DNA of 64,000 nt from a virus. Its lineage: Duplodnaviria > Caudoviricetes. The stretch spans positions 22,810 to 86,809 of the IMG/VR virus record IMGVR_UViG_3300033069_001247. One strand, given 5' to 3'. Below the pieces are notes generated by a model, which saw only the letters and a list, made by a program, of their open reading frames with translations, was not told the origin of the DNA and ran no database searches. This document shows positions 55,243 through 63,812 of the stretch, piece after piece; positions within the stretch are counted from its first letter, which is position 1, and every line of letters starts with the position of its first letter. Made by a program: the position numbers and the translations under genes.

Positions 55243-56301
55243 ATGGCCCGCAAGCGACGATTCATCCTGCAACATCATCGGTCGCCCGGCGACCTTGTCT
55301 GCTTGTCTGCATTGATGCGTGATATCCACGTAGCGTACCCGGGAAAATATGAAACGGACTTTGATACGTCTGTAGAGCCCATCTGGGCAAACAGTCCGTA
55401 CATCACGCGATTGTGGAACCACCAGCCAAAAACACCACGGATCGAAGTCCCCGGCGCCGAGATGATCCAGTGTCAGTATCGACAGGGGTTGACTGTCTCG
55501 AACACCGAGGCGGTTCACTTCTGTCACTGGTTTCACCGGGACTTTGAGCAAACAACCGGGATCCACGTCCCGCCAAGCAAGCCATACGGCGATATCCACC
55601 TCTCCGAGCATGAAAAGGCCACTCCGCCCGTTAAAGGACGGTATTGGTTGCTGCTCAGTGGTGGTAAATCAGACTTCACCATCAAGGTCTGGCTGACTTC
55701 TTACTTTCAACAGGTTGTGGATGCGATTGGTGAACTGGGGCTTGGCGTGGTGCAGACCGGGGCAGCGTATGCGGGTCATTGGCATCCGGTACTGTACGGT
55801 GCCAATCTGATCAACTTATGCGGCTGGGGGAGCTTCCGGGAGTTCCTGCAACAGGTTTATCATGCCGACGGAATCATCTGCGGGGTAACAGCAGCCATGC
55901 ACATGGCGGCCGCGCTACAGAAGCCCTGCGTCGTCCTGGCGGGTGGTCGCGAATCATGGTGGTGGGAAGCCTACGTGCGCGAAAACAAAGGGCTGGGAGC
56001 GGTCCGTAACCAGCTCACCGTACCGCATCGGTTCCTGCATACGATCGGGCAGCTCGACTGCTGCGACGCCCGGGGTTGCTGGAAAGACAAAGTCGTCAAG
56101 ATCGATGCCAGTAACTCGATATGCAAGCGTCCATTACTTACTCCCGAGATGCCGATCGCGGAATGCATGAACATGATCACTCCGGATCATGTCATGGCGG
56201 CTGTACTTTCGTATTATTTCGACGGTACGATACCTACCGATGGCGTGCCAGGATTGGCTGCAAAGGTTCGTGAGAGAATGCGGGACGTTCAAAATGCCTG
56301 A
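55243..56301 (+). CDS. Glycosyltransferase, GT9-like (GT-B, heptosyltransferase-related) with C-terminal Cys cluster
   Basis: SPGDLVCLSALMRDI; LINLCG...ADGIICGVTAAMHMAAALQKPCVVLAGG; GCW...C...ECMNMITPDHV. Confidence 0.85.
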   Translation: MARKRRFILQHHRSPGDLVCLSALMRDIHVAYPGKYETDFDTSVEPIWANSPYITRLWNHQPKTPRIEVPGAEMIQCQYRQGLTVSNTEAVHFCHWFHRDFEQTTGIHVPPSKPYGDIHLSEHEKATPPVKGRYWLLLSGGKSDFTIKVWLTSYFQQVVDAIGELGLGVVQTGAAYAGHWHPVLYGANLINLCGWGSFREFLQQVYHADGIICGVTAAMHMAAALQKPCVVLAGGRESWWWEAYVRENKGLGAVRNQLTVPHRFLHTIGQLDCCDARGCWKDKVVKIDASNSICKRPLLTPEMPIAECMNMITPDHVMAAVLSYYFDGTIPTDGVPGLAAKVRERMRDVQNA

Positions 56302-57415
56302 TCCGAACGTGTTTCGTGACCTATCGTGTAAACCAATCGGTGAGCGATTGTCATACGAACGTGGCGACGGTAAACAGATGGAGCTGCAGATGAATAAACC
56401 ACACCATGCAAAAGCAAGAGCGACGGTCGTTGTTCCTCACGGTGTTCCGATCACAATTAACCCTGCGGCAGGAATCAACGCCACGCAGCTCAAACGCCCT
56501 GCTTCAAAGCCAGCTCAGATTGAATTCAGCATCCCGCAGAATATCCCTGACCACCCGGCTGTAGGTGGTAAGGTGACCATTTTTGTGCTGTTCTACGGTG
56601 ATTACTTCGATCTGCATCAGCGATGTCTGCGATCGCTGCTGGCAACAGTCCCTGCCAGCCGCATGGAGCTGCGTGTTGGGTCCAATATGCTGGGTGCCCG
56701 CTCCCTGGAGCTGATCAACCAGTACGTCGCTGCAGGTGTGATTACCTGTCACTACCAGCACGATGAGAATGCGTACAAGTACCCAGTCATGCGTGAAATG
56801 TTCTGGGACCCTGGGCACCCAATTACCACAAAGTGGGTGCTGTGGTTTGATGACGATTCCATTTGTGACGCAGACCAGAACTGGTTCAACATTCTGTCCA
56901 CGCACATTGCACAGCACCACAAAGACAAAGATGCCCACCTGATCGGAGCGAGTTATACATGGGACGCCAACAAGAAACAGCGGGAAGTGTTTATGTCCCG
57001 TCCGTGGTACAAAAACCGACCGTGGCGGGACACAAACGGACGCCCCAGTCCTAACGGATCCACGATTGTGTTCGTACATGGTGGTTTCTGGGCAATCACC
57101 GCGGAGGCTATTCGAGAAGCAAACATTCCTGATCTCGGTACTGGGTTGCTACACACCGGCGGAGACTGGCAGATTGGTGAACAGGTTTATCAAGCCGGGT
57201 TTGGCATGAAACAGTTCAACGGTAAGAAGCAGTTTGTACGCACGTCGTCAGTGGCCCGCCGTGGGGCGACAACACCCACCGTTGATCAGGTGACTCAACC
57301 AGTTATCATTCCGGCAGCAAAGCCGATCATTCACGTACCCATCCTCGAAATCAAGCAGGCAGCGCTACAGAAGAACGACCCGCCGATCGTACTCAAGCCT
57401 ATTGTGCGGCTCTAA
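56294..57415 (+). CDS. Glycosyltransferase, GT2-like (GT-A)
   Basis: VTIFVLFYG...CLRSL; WVLWFDDD; FVHGGFWAI; GGDWQIG. Confidence 0.8.
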   Translation: MPDPNVFRDLSCKPIGERLSYERGDGKQMELQMNKPHHAKARATVVVPHGVPITINPAAGINATQLKRPASKPAQIEFSIPQNIPDHPAVGGKVTIFVLFYGDYFDLHQRCLRSLLATVPASRMELRVGSNMLGARSLELINQYVAAGVITCHYQHDENAYKYPVMREMFWDPGHPITTKWVLWFDDDSICDADQNWFNILSTHIAQHHKDKDAHLIGASYTWDANKKQREVFMSRPWYKNRPWRDTNGRPSPNGSTIVFVHGGFWAITAEAIREANIPDLGTGLLHTGGDWQIGEQVYQAGFGMKQFNGKKQFVRTSSVARRGATTPTVDQVTQPVIIPAAKPIIHVPILEIKQAALQKNDPPIVLKPIVRL

Positions 57416-57765
57416 TGACAAGACGTGTCACACTGGATCGCGATTACCTGATTCAGATGGCCATCGCGGATGACTTCTACGCGGCGGTCCCGGCCTTCCA
57501 GTATCTACAAGATGTTGCAAAAACGACCTGGAAGCACCTGCAGACCAAGAAGGACTGCATCAAGTGCTTCCATGAATGGAATGCCATGCGTGGGGTGTGT
57601 GACGCTATTTTTCTGAAGCTGCGACAGCTCAAGGAAACCAATAACCCCGCCATACAGGATGTGAAACGGTGGCTGTCCAAGCGGAAAGGGTACGCTGTAG
57701 GTGTCTGCGTGCTATACTATCGCCGATCACGAACGCAGGGAAAAATTGCGAAGTTCGAATTCTGA
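57415..57765 (+). CDS. Small CxxC protein
   Basis: TAATG overlap with the upstream gene; DCIKC motif; resembles 58830-59144. Confidence 0.65.
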   Translation: MTRRVTLDRDYLIQMAIADDFYAAVPAFQYLQDVAKTTWKHLQTKKDCIKCFHEWNAMRGVCDAIFLKLRQLKETNNPAIQDVKRWLSKRKGYAVGVCVLYYRRSRTQGKIAKFEF

Positions 57766-57783
57766 CCACGGAAGGATCCGCGG

Positions 57784-58830
57784 ATGGCCCGGTCAATCAA
57801 GCTGAAATGGTCAAGCAGCCGATACATCTACCAGCGGCACGACGGTATCCGTGTTCGCTTCGAGGTGGTGTGCAGTACCGGTATCAATTCTTCGATCTTT
57901 GCGTACCGGTTACAACAGGTCACAGAGAACACGACCGCAGGCTACTTCAGCCACATCTGCTCACCCGTGGATATGGCTGAGTTTCCGGTCAATGAACCGA
58001 TTCCGGGGCAATCCCCCGAGTGGTTCCGGTTGAACTACGTCGATATCTTCCTGCGATCAATGACAGAGGTCGAGAACTTCATCGAAATCGTACGGCAGGA
58101 TGTACGACGATTACTGGCCACGTTAGCCAGTATGGACACGCTGCTTCCACGCGGAATAGACGTGCTGGGTATCGACTGTGACCCTGACGAAGAACCGGAC
58201 CCCGACCCGAGCCCTCCGTCTGAATCGGTCTCTTACGGCGATATTCAGGAAGCATTCGCAACAGGAACCACCGAACAATTTGTTGGAACCGGTGTCACTT
58301 GGTCCAACGTTGGTGACGGTGCAGGTTCCCCAGTAGGTGCTGAAGACAGTTTTGGTTCCAACAGCTCACGTGTTGTGCTGCAAGCTGGCCAATCAAGCAG
58401 TCTGCTCCTCGTGCAAGGCTTCGATTTCTCCAATCTTCCCGATGACTGCGTCATTGAGGGGATTCAATCGCAAGTTACGCTGAGAGACGCGACTGATGGT
58501 GCAGTAAGCGACGAAAACGTGCTCGGTTCAAACTCCGCGTCAGAAGCCATATCAGCCACTTGCCCACATCTTTCCCTGTTGGCGCTACAACACCCTGATC
58601 TCGGTATGAGTGATGACCGTGCTGGTAACACGGGGCTCGCTGGTCCGGATTGGGAACTGATTCTCCGCGGTGGTGATGGGGACCGCTGGGGATTCACAGA
58701 CATCCCTGTTGCGATTTTACGCGACGGGGCCTTCGGTATTGGTGTTGTCATTCAGGCTTCTAACGAAGCAGGTAGCACAGTGATAGTGGACGGCGTGAAG
58801 CTCCGTGTGTTCTTCCGCGAGACAGTCTGA
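57784..58830 (+). CDS. Probable virion protein with acidic linker and C-terminal beta-sandwich
   Basis: DPDEEPDPDP linker; GFDFSNLPDDCVIEGI...GGDGDRWG...VDGVKLRVF. Confidence 0.55.
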   Translation: MARSIKLKWSSSRYIYQRHDGIRVRFEVVCSTGINSSIFAYRLQQVTENTTAGYFSHICSPVDMAEFPVNEPIPGQSPEWFRLNYVDIFLRSMTEVENFIEIVRQDVRRLLATLASMDTLLPRGIDVLGIDCDPDEEPDPDPSPPSESVSYGDIQEAFATGTTEQFVGTGVTWSNVGDGAGSPVGAEDSFGSNSSRVVLQAGQSSSLLLVQGFDFSNLPDDCVIEGIQSQVTLRDATDGAVSDENVLGSNSASEAISATCPHLSLLALQHPDLGMSDDRAGNTGLAGPDWELILRGGDGDRWGFTDIPVAILRDGAFGIGVVIQASNEAGSTVIVDGVKLRVFFRETV

Positions 58831-59144
58831 TGGCCATCAATCTACTGACACTGGACGATGCAAAACTCGTGGCGATGCTGAGCGACCCACGGATCGTGAC
58901 GCTATTGCCTTGTCTGGCCGGACCCAAAGGTAAACTGCAGGACCTTGAACCTGGTGGCAAATTCTGCCAGCTCTGTGATGCCAAGAAAGGCGGGGTAAAA
59001 ACTGCAGCAATGGCATCAGCGCGGCAATGTGTCCTGCAGGTACGTGGCGAAAAACTCAAAGAATTGAAGACGCTGTTGAATGCCCGACAGCTGCGCATCT
59101 ATGTACGACAGGCCAACAACAAAAAGATGATCTACACGCTGTGA
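58830..59144 (+). CDS. Small CxxC protein
   Basis: TGATG overlap; FCQLC motif; resembles 57415-57765. Confidence 0.65.
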   Translation: MAINLLTLDDAKLVAMLSDPRIVTLLPCLAGPKGKLQDLEPGGKFCQLCDAKKGGVKTAAMASARQCVLQVRGEKLKELKTLLNARQLRIYVRQANNKKMIYTL

Positions 59145-59301
59145 ACAGCTAAATCACACCCAAAAATGTGGCATATAAGGTAGTTCTCTTGAAGTAACTT
59201 TCAGAGATCAAGATTTAGCTGTGTTTATGCATGCTCGGTGACTACGCAGGCGGTCTGCGGTAAATAAGAACCAAGTGTGGCACGGAAGAACCCCAGTAAG
59301 G

Positions 59302-59508
59302 ATGACAGACGCCATGGTTACATCAGTTGATTTCGCTACCCAACCCGTTGCTCAAGTCGCTCCTGCTCAACAGGAAGACCGATTCGACGATATCCCGCAA
59401 TACGTGACGCAGGTGATCGCTGGCCAAGTTGTCAGCATTCCTCGTGTCTCAGCAGTCGTCGGCCCCGAAGGTGAGATTACTATCCCAGTGTTTGATTACT
59501 GGAAGTAA
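59302..59508 (+). CDS. Possible small hypothetical protein
   Basis: Protein-like composition; AAGG before the ATG. Confidence 0.4.
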   Translation: MTDAMVTSVDFATQPVAQVAPAQQEDRFDDIPQYVTQVIAGQVVSIPRVSAVVGPEGEITIPVFDYWK

Positions 59509-59717
59509 CACTCACACTACCTCGCAGTCATACCAATCCGTTGAGCGACCCATTGTTGGTCGTGAGGAATGCCGCCTACGTCACAATCTTGTGCGTACAC
59601 GCAGCCCCACGATCAATTTTGGACGCTCAATGGGTTGGTGTAGGTGGTTGAAAGAACGAATACCTCTGTTTTTTCTTAGCTATTCGCATGTACGACGTGA
59701 AAAAGGCAGAATTTGGT

Positions 59718-59780
59718 GGTGAAAATGACAAAAAACAGTACGCTTGAGCGGGTTTCGGTGTTCGAAACAGCATTTTCACC
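59718..59780 (+). promoter_or_regulatory. Candidate structured RNA leader (three-way junction)
   Basis: GGTGAAAATG/CATTTTCACC outer stem enclosing CGC-TTGA-GCG and GTTTCG-GTGTT-CGAAAC hairpins, 18 nt before ATG 59799. Confidence 0.4.
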
Positions 59781-59798
59781 TGCAGGAAGTCAAAAATC

Positions 59799-60068
59799 AT
59801 GTTGAAAATCGTGTCTGCCACGTTCAGTGCCAATAAAGGCGTTGTCATCATCGCTGGTGACAACCAGGAGGAGGTCATTTCCTCTGCCGCAAGACGCATG
59901 GCCGTCGAAGCAGCAGCCGGTCACCTGACGCGACCCGGTACATCCGGACAAGAATCGCCATACCCGGTTGATGCAGACGGCAATACCAGCGAAGAACTGA
60001 TCCTGGGGCGGGGCGACAAGAAGATCGCCGGTTACCGTTGCGATTTCAACATCAGCGGCGCCCCTTAA
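59799..60068 (+). CDS. Hypothetical protein
   Basis: First ORF of the downstream block; AGGA upstream. Confidence 0.65.
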   Translation: MLKIVSATFSANKGVVIIAGDNQEEVISSAARRMAVEAAAGHLTRPGTSGQESPYPVDADGNTSEELILGRGDKKIAGYRCDFNISGAP

Positions 60069-60070
60069 TC

Positions 60071-60562
60071 ATGCTGACCACCGAGGAAATTACCCACGGC
60101 ATCGGTATCCCGCCGTTGCAGCTCAGGGCGATTTTTCGCCGCCTCGGTTACACCACAATGCCAGCAGCAGAAGCATCGTTGACTGTCGACGAATGCTTCT
60201 GCTTTTGGCTTGCGTTGTTAATCGACCGTTTTCGTTTCTTGACGGCTGATCAGCGATCGTTGCTGGCTGACGAGATGATCCCTGCGTTCAAAACAATGGG
60301 TACGGCTATCCAGGCTGATACCGTCGGGTCGCCGATGGTTGCGATTGCCGACAGTCGTTATGCTGTATGGCATGGTCGCACAGGGTGGCTCGATCTCACT
60401 ACTGGCGATACCGTGCAGTACACGCAGGCACCGCTGGAGTCGTTGGCCTACAACCTCAAGGTGCTCTTTCACCGCAACCACGCCGCTTGTCTGGATGCAC
60501 GTCAACGCCGGGTAAAGCACAATGAGCAATCTTCTCAGCCCGCAGCAACGAATCGCCCGTGA
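60071..60562 (+). CDS. Hypothetical protein, possible N-terminal HTH
   Basis: ATG 2 nt after the upstream stop; TTEEITHGIGIPPLQLRAIFRRLG. Confidence 0.6.
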   Translation: MLTTEEITHGIGIPPLQLRAIFRRLGYTTMPAAEASLTVDECFCFWLALLIDRFRFLTADQRSLLADEMIPAFKTMGTAIQADTVGSPMVAIADSRYAVWHGRTGWLDLTTGDTVQYTQAPLESLAYNLKVLFHRNHAACLDARQRRVKHNEQSSQPAATNRP

Positions 60563-61238
60563 TGCGTTTATGTCCCCAGTGACATACGCCACGGTATTAC
60601 TCACACTCGTTGTAGATGTCTACGGGACTGAATGCTTCAACTGGGACCCTGAAACGTTGCAGATGGAGCTGAACGATGATTACCAAATGCAGATACCGCA
60701 AGCCAACCTTGATCGGTTGATGGTTGCCATCCTGATGCAAGGAAGCCCGGACTTCTACAAGTCACTCCCGGACTTCATCGAATACTGTAACGTACTCTCT
60801 GGCGATTCTTACGATCCAGGAACCTGGGATCCGGCAGATGCGACCGAAATTGCCTGGGGTATGTCTGAAGCCATGTTGATCTGTCCGCCGGACGACGGGG
60901 ACGACGAGCCGTTTACAGAAGAGATTTTGGCGTATATCGGGCAGGCACTGTCGTCCGAAGGGATTATGACACCGCCCGATATCCTGCAGATCGCACTGCG
61001 TGATAGCGACCCTGTGGCCAAGGTGTCCACGGAATACTCTGACGATCCGATCATGTTCAACTCGATCTACGACTTGGAATCGTCCAAGACAGAATCAATC
61101 AACGTTGCCATACGAAACGGCCTGCAACGTTTAAGCGAACAACTTGACGCACTACAACTGCGTTCAGGTTCGACGAAAGGTGTTGTGCAGCAGATGCTGC
61201 AAGCCCTCTCTACCAAAGGTAGTCACTCCACCACTTAG
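60522..61238 (+). CDS. Acidic hypothetical protein
   Basis: 238-aa ORF in the operon. Confidence 0.7.
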   Translation: MSNLLSPQQRIARDAFMSPVTYATVLLTLVVDVYGTECFNWDPETLQMELNDDYQMQIPQANLDRLMVAILMQGSPDFYKSLPDFIEYCNVLSGDSYDPGTWDPADATEIAWGMSEAMLICPPDDGDDEPFTEEILAYIGQALSSEGIMTPPDILQIALRDSDPVAKVSTEYSDDPIMFNSIYDLESSKTESINVAIRNGLQRLSEQLDALQLRSGSTKGVVQQMLQALSTKGSHSTT

Positions 61239-61250
61239 GAATTTTGATCA

Positions 61251-62951
61251 ATGGCCAAAGCCACGCAGGAACCCGCTGTTGTCGATAACGGTTTCGAAAG
61301 CACCCCATTCATCAACCTGCTCGACGAGCACTGGAACGCCGGTTACCAGGTCTTGTTCGTACACACTGCCGAGGAGTTCCGCTGCGAGCAAGAGATCAGC
61401 CATCTGGCCGCGGATCTCAAGGTCGGAGTTGTGTTCTGGGACGTTGCCGACGGCTTCACGATGAACAACCAACCGTTCCCGGGACTGGAAGACGAGAAGT
61501 ACAAGAAACCGTACATCGCACTGGATACAGTCACCAGCACAGACAAGTTCAAGAAGACGGGGAACTCCGGCGATTACTTCTTCGTGTTCCGCGACCTGGA
61601 CGATTTCATGCACGAGCCTGTCGTGCGTCGTCGCCTGCGTACGCTGGTCGAACGCAACAAGCTGTCCAACAGTACCTTCAAGCGTCCGATCGTGATCATC
61701 TCGCCCTCGTGCAAGATCCATGAAAAGCTGAAGACGGAAGTCACGGTCCTGCCGTTCAACCTTCCTGACGAGAGGCGGCTGGCGTGGCAGGTCGAACAGC
61801 TGCACGCGCACATTGAGCAGAACTCGCCAGAGCCCATCGGGGCACTGGACCCTGATCTGCGACAGCTGATCGCTACCAACCTCCTCGGTCTGACCGCCAA
61901 GGAGGCAGATGACTGCGTCAGTCGTTGCATCGTACGGCACAGCGGGTTCGTACCCGAGATGATCGATACGATCAAGGACGAGAAAGCCAACATCATCAAG
62001 CGATCGGAGGTGCTAACCTACATACCGGCACACACCACGCAATCGCGGGAAGAGATCGGCGGCTTTGACAACCTGATGAAGTGGCTGGACGAACGCAAAG
62101 GGGCTTACACGACGGCCGCGCGTGAGTTGCACATCGACGCCCCTCGTGGTGTGATTCTGCTCGGTGTCCCCGGTACGGGTAAATCGGTGGCCGCCAAGGC
62201 CATCAGTCAGGTCCTGAGCCTTCCGGGATACATCCTGGATATCGGTGGCTTGCTGGGAAGCCTGGTCGGCGAATCGGAAAGCCGCACGCGATCTGTGCTG
62301 CAGACGATCGACGCCCAGAACGGCTGCGTGCTGCTGATCGACGAAGCGGACAAGATGTTCGGAAACGTGACGAACTCCACTGGAGATTCCGGCGTGTTCA
62401 AGCGTGTCTTTGGACAGATCCTGACGTGGTTGTCTGACAACCGCTCCCGTGCATTCGTTGTGCTGACGCTGAACAGCATCCAGGGTATTCCACCCGAAAT
62501 GCTGCGTGCTGGTCGTTTCGACCGAATCTTCTACACGGACCTGCCATCACCGGCAGAACGGCGGAAGATCATGGAGATTCACCTCAAACGTCGCAAGACA
62601 GATCCTGAGTCGCTCAACTTCAGCGACGCAGACTGGACCGCGATCGTTGAAAAGACCGACAAGTACGTGGGTGCCGAGCTGGAACAGGTGATCTGTACCG
62701 CTCGTTACAAGAGCTTCGCCAGTCGAGCGGTCGGGACACCAACGCTCGATGAGATGCTGGAAGCGGCTAATTCTGTGATCCCGATGGCCCGTCGGAACGC
62801 TGACCAGATCAATGCTATCCTGGATTTCTGCAAGGACACGGCAGAACCGGTCAGCTCTGGCAACGAAGTGTCGCAAGTTGCGGCACCCATCCAGCAGCGT
62901 TCCCGCGGACTGCAGACGCAACGTACCCGCCAGGTACCCGGCAACAACTAA
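61251..62951 (+). CDS. AAA+ ATPase, Ycf46-like (degenerate N-terminal and active C-terminal AAA domains)
   Basis: Walker A GVPGTGKS, Walker B LLIDEADK, second region of homology PPEMLRAGRFDRIFY, EIGGFDNLMKWL; TAGGA RBS. Confidence 0.9.
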   Translation: MAKATQEPAVVDNGFESTPFINLLDEHWNAGYQVLFVHTAEEFRCEQEISHLAADLKVGVVFWDVADGFTMNNQPFPGLEDEKYKKPYIALDTVTSTDKFKKTGNSGDYFFVFRDLDDFMHEPVVRRRLRTLVERNKLSNSTFKRPIVIISPSCKIHEKLKTEVTVLPFNLPDERRLAWQVEQLHAHIEQNSPEPIGALDPDLRQLIATNLLGLTAKEADDCVSRCIVRHSGFVPEMIDTIKDEKANIIKRSEVLTYIPAHTTQSREEIGGFDNLMKWLDERKGAYTTAARELHIDAPRGVILLGVPGTGKSVAAKAISQVLSLPGYILDIGGLLGSLVGESESRTRSVLQTIDAQNGCVLLIDEADKMFGNVTNSTGDSGVFKRVFGQILTWLSDNRSRAFVVLTLNSIQGIPPEMLRAGRFDRIFYTDLPSPAERRKIMEIHLKRRKTDPESLNFSDADWTAIVEKTDKYVGAELEQVICTARYKSFASRAVGTPTLDEMLEAANSVIPMARRNADQINAILDFCKDTAEPVSSGNEVSQVAAPIQQRSRGLQTQRTRQVPGNN

Positions 62952-62964
62952 TAGCCACGCAGAT

Positions 62965-62990
62965 AACCCCGCTGTACAAACAGCGGGGTT
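62965..62990 (+). terminator. 11-bp hairpin after the ATPase gene
   Basis: AACCCCGCTGT-ACAA-ACAGCGGGGTT; short U tract. Confidence 0.6.
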
Positions 62991-63073
62991 TACCTCCTGA
63001 CTACCTTCTCGGTAAGATGCCTGTCGATGCGTATTGACATGGTCTACACCACCCCCTATCTGGAGTTTGTTGA

Positions 63074-63442
63074 ATGTCGCACATCACCACGTGTAAAGTC
63101 GAAATGACCGAGATCGCCCACCTCGAAGCTGCGATCAAGCACCTGGGTCTTCGCACCATCGGCACCAAGGTCCATGACCTGTTCGCCGGACAGAAGGCAG
63201 AAGGCCTGGGCATCCTGCTGGACGACTGGCGGTACCCGCTCGTCATCAACGTGAAGACCGGCGAGGCCAAGTACGACAACTATGGCGGTGGCTGGGGCAA
63301 GCAGATCGAGCTGGACAAGCTCGTCCAGCGGTACGCTCTGGCCGCCACGCAGGCGAAGGCTCAAGAAGAAGGTTACCTGTACGAGGAGCGGCTGCAGGAG
63401 AACGGTGACGTTGAGGTGCATATGGAACAGTTGTACGCCTAG
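63074..63442 (+). CDS. DUF1257 / Ycf35-like protein
   Basis: MSHITTCKVEMTEIAHLEAAIKHLG; YDNYGGGWG; QRYA...AQEEGY...ENGDVEV. Confidence 0.85.
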   Translation: MSHITTCKVEMTEIAHLEAAIKHLGLRTIGTKVHDLFAGQKAEGLGILLDDWRYPLVINVKTGEAKYDNYGGGWGKQIELDKLVQRYALAATQAKAQEEGYLYEERLQENGDVEVHMEQLYA

Positions 63443-63517
63443 CGTACCTGCTCCCGACTGACGACGCATGTTGCGTCTACTCTTCCCTTACTCCGCAGCG
63501 CTATCAAGCAGGTTTCC

Positions 63518-63733
63518 ATGAGCAGTCCAAAGATTATCGCCAAGATTCCTCTCGTCGGAATCTCTCTGGGGCAACGCAAGCCCACGTTTGCTGTTGAAGG
63601 TGTCGTAGGTAACGCCTGCACGAACATGACGGCAGCGTTCGAAAAGGCCATCGGCTCTGTGACCAACGTCGAAGAGACGGCAGCAATGTACGAGGACATC
63701 CCGGAGGAACACGAGAAAAACAACGAAGGCTAA
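63518..63733 (+). CDS. DUF2997-like protein
   Basis: VEGVVGNACTNMTAAFEKAIG; adjacent to a DUF1257-like gene and a Ycf46-like ATPase. Confidence 0.75.
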   Translation: MSSPKIIAKIPLVGISLGQRKPTFAVEGVVGNACTNMTAAFEKAIGSVTNVEETAAMYEDIPEEHEKNNEG

Positions 63734-63759
63734 TCGCCAACGTTGGGTCTGTTCCACTC

Positions 63760-63797
63760 AGCAGCGGGTCGTTTCGATGACCCGCTGCTTTCTTTTT
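63760..63797 (+). terminator. Rho-independent terminator
   Basis: AGCAGCGGGTC...GACCCGCTGCT stem with UUCG loop, followed by TTCTTTTT. Confidence 0.88.
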
Positions 63798-63812
63798 GAG
63801 TGAGCCCTGTTT

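Noticed and set aside
1470-63442. Stop-codon reassignment (TAG or TGA readthrough)
   Set aside because: Genes are full length under the standard code, all three stops end genes, and readthrough of the first TAG meets TAA two codons later.
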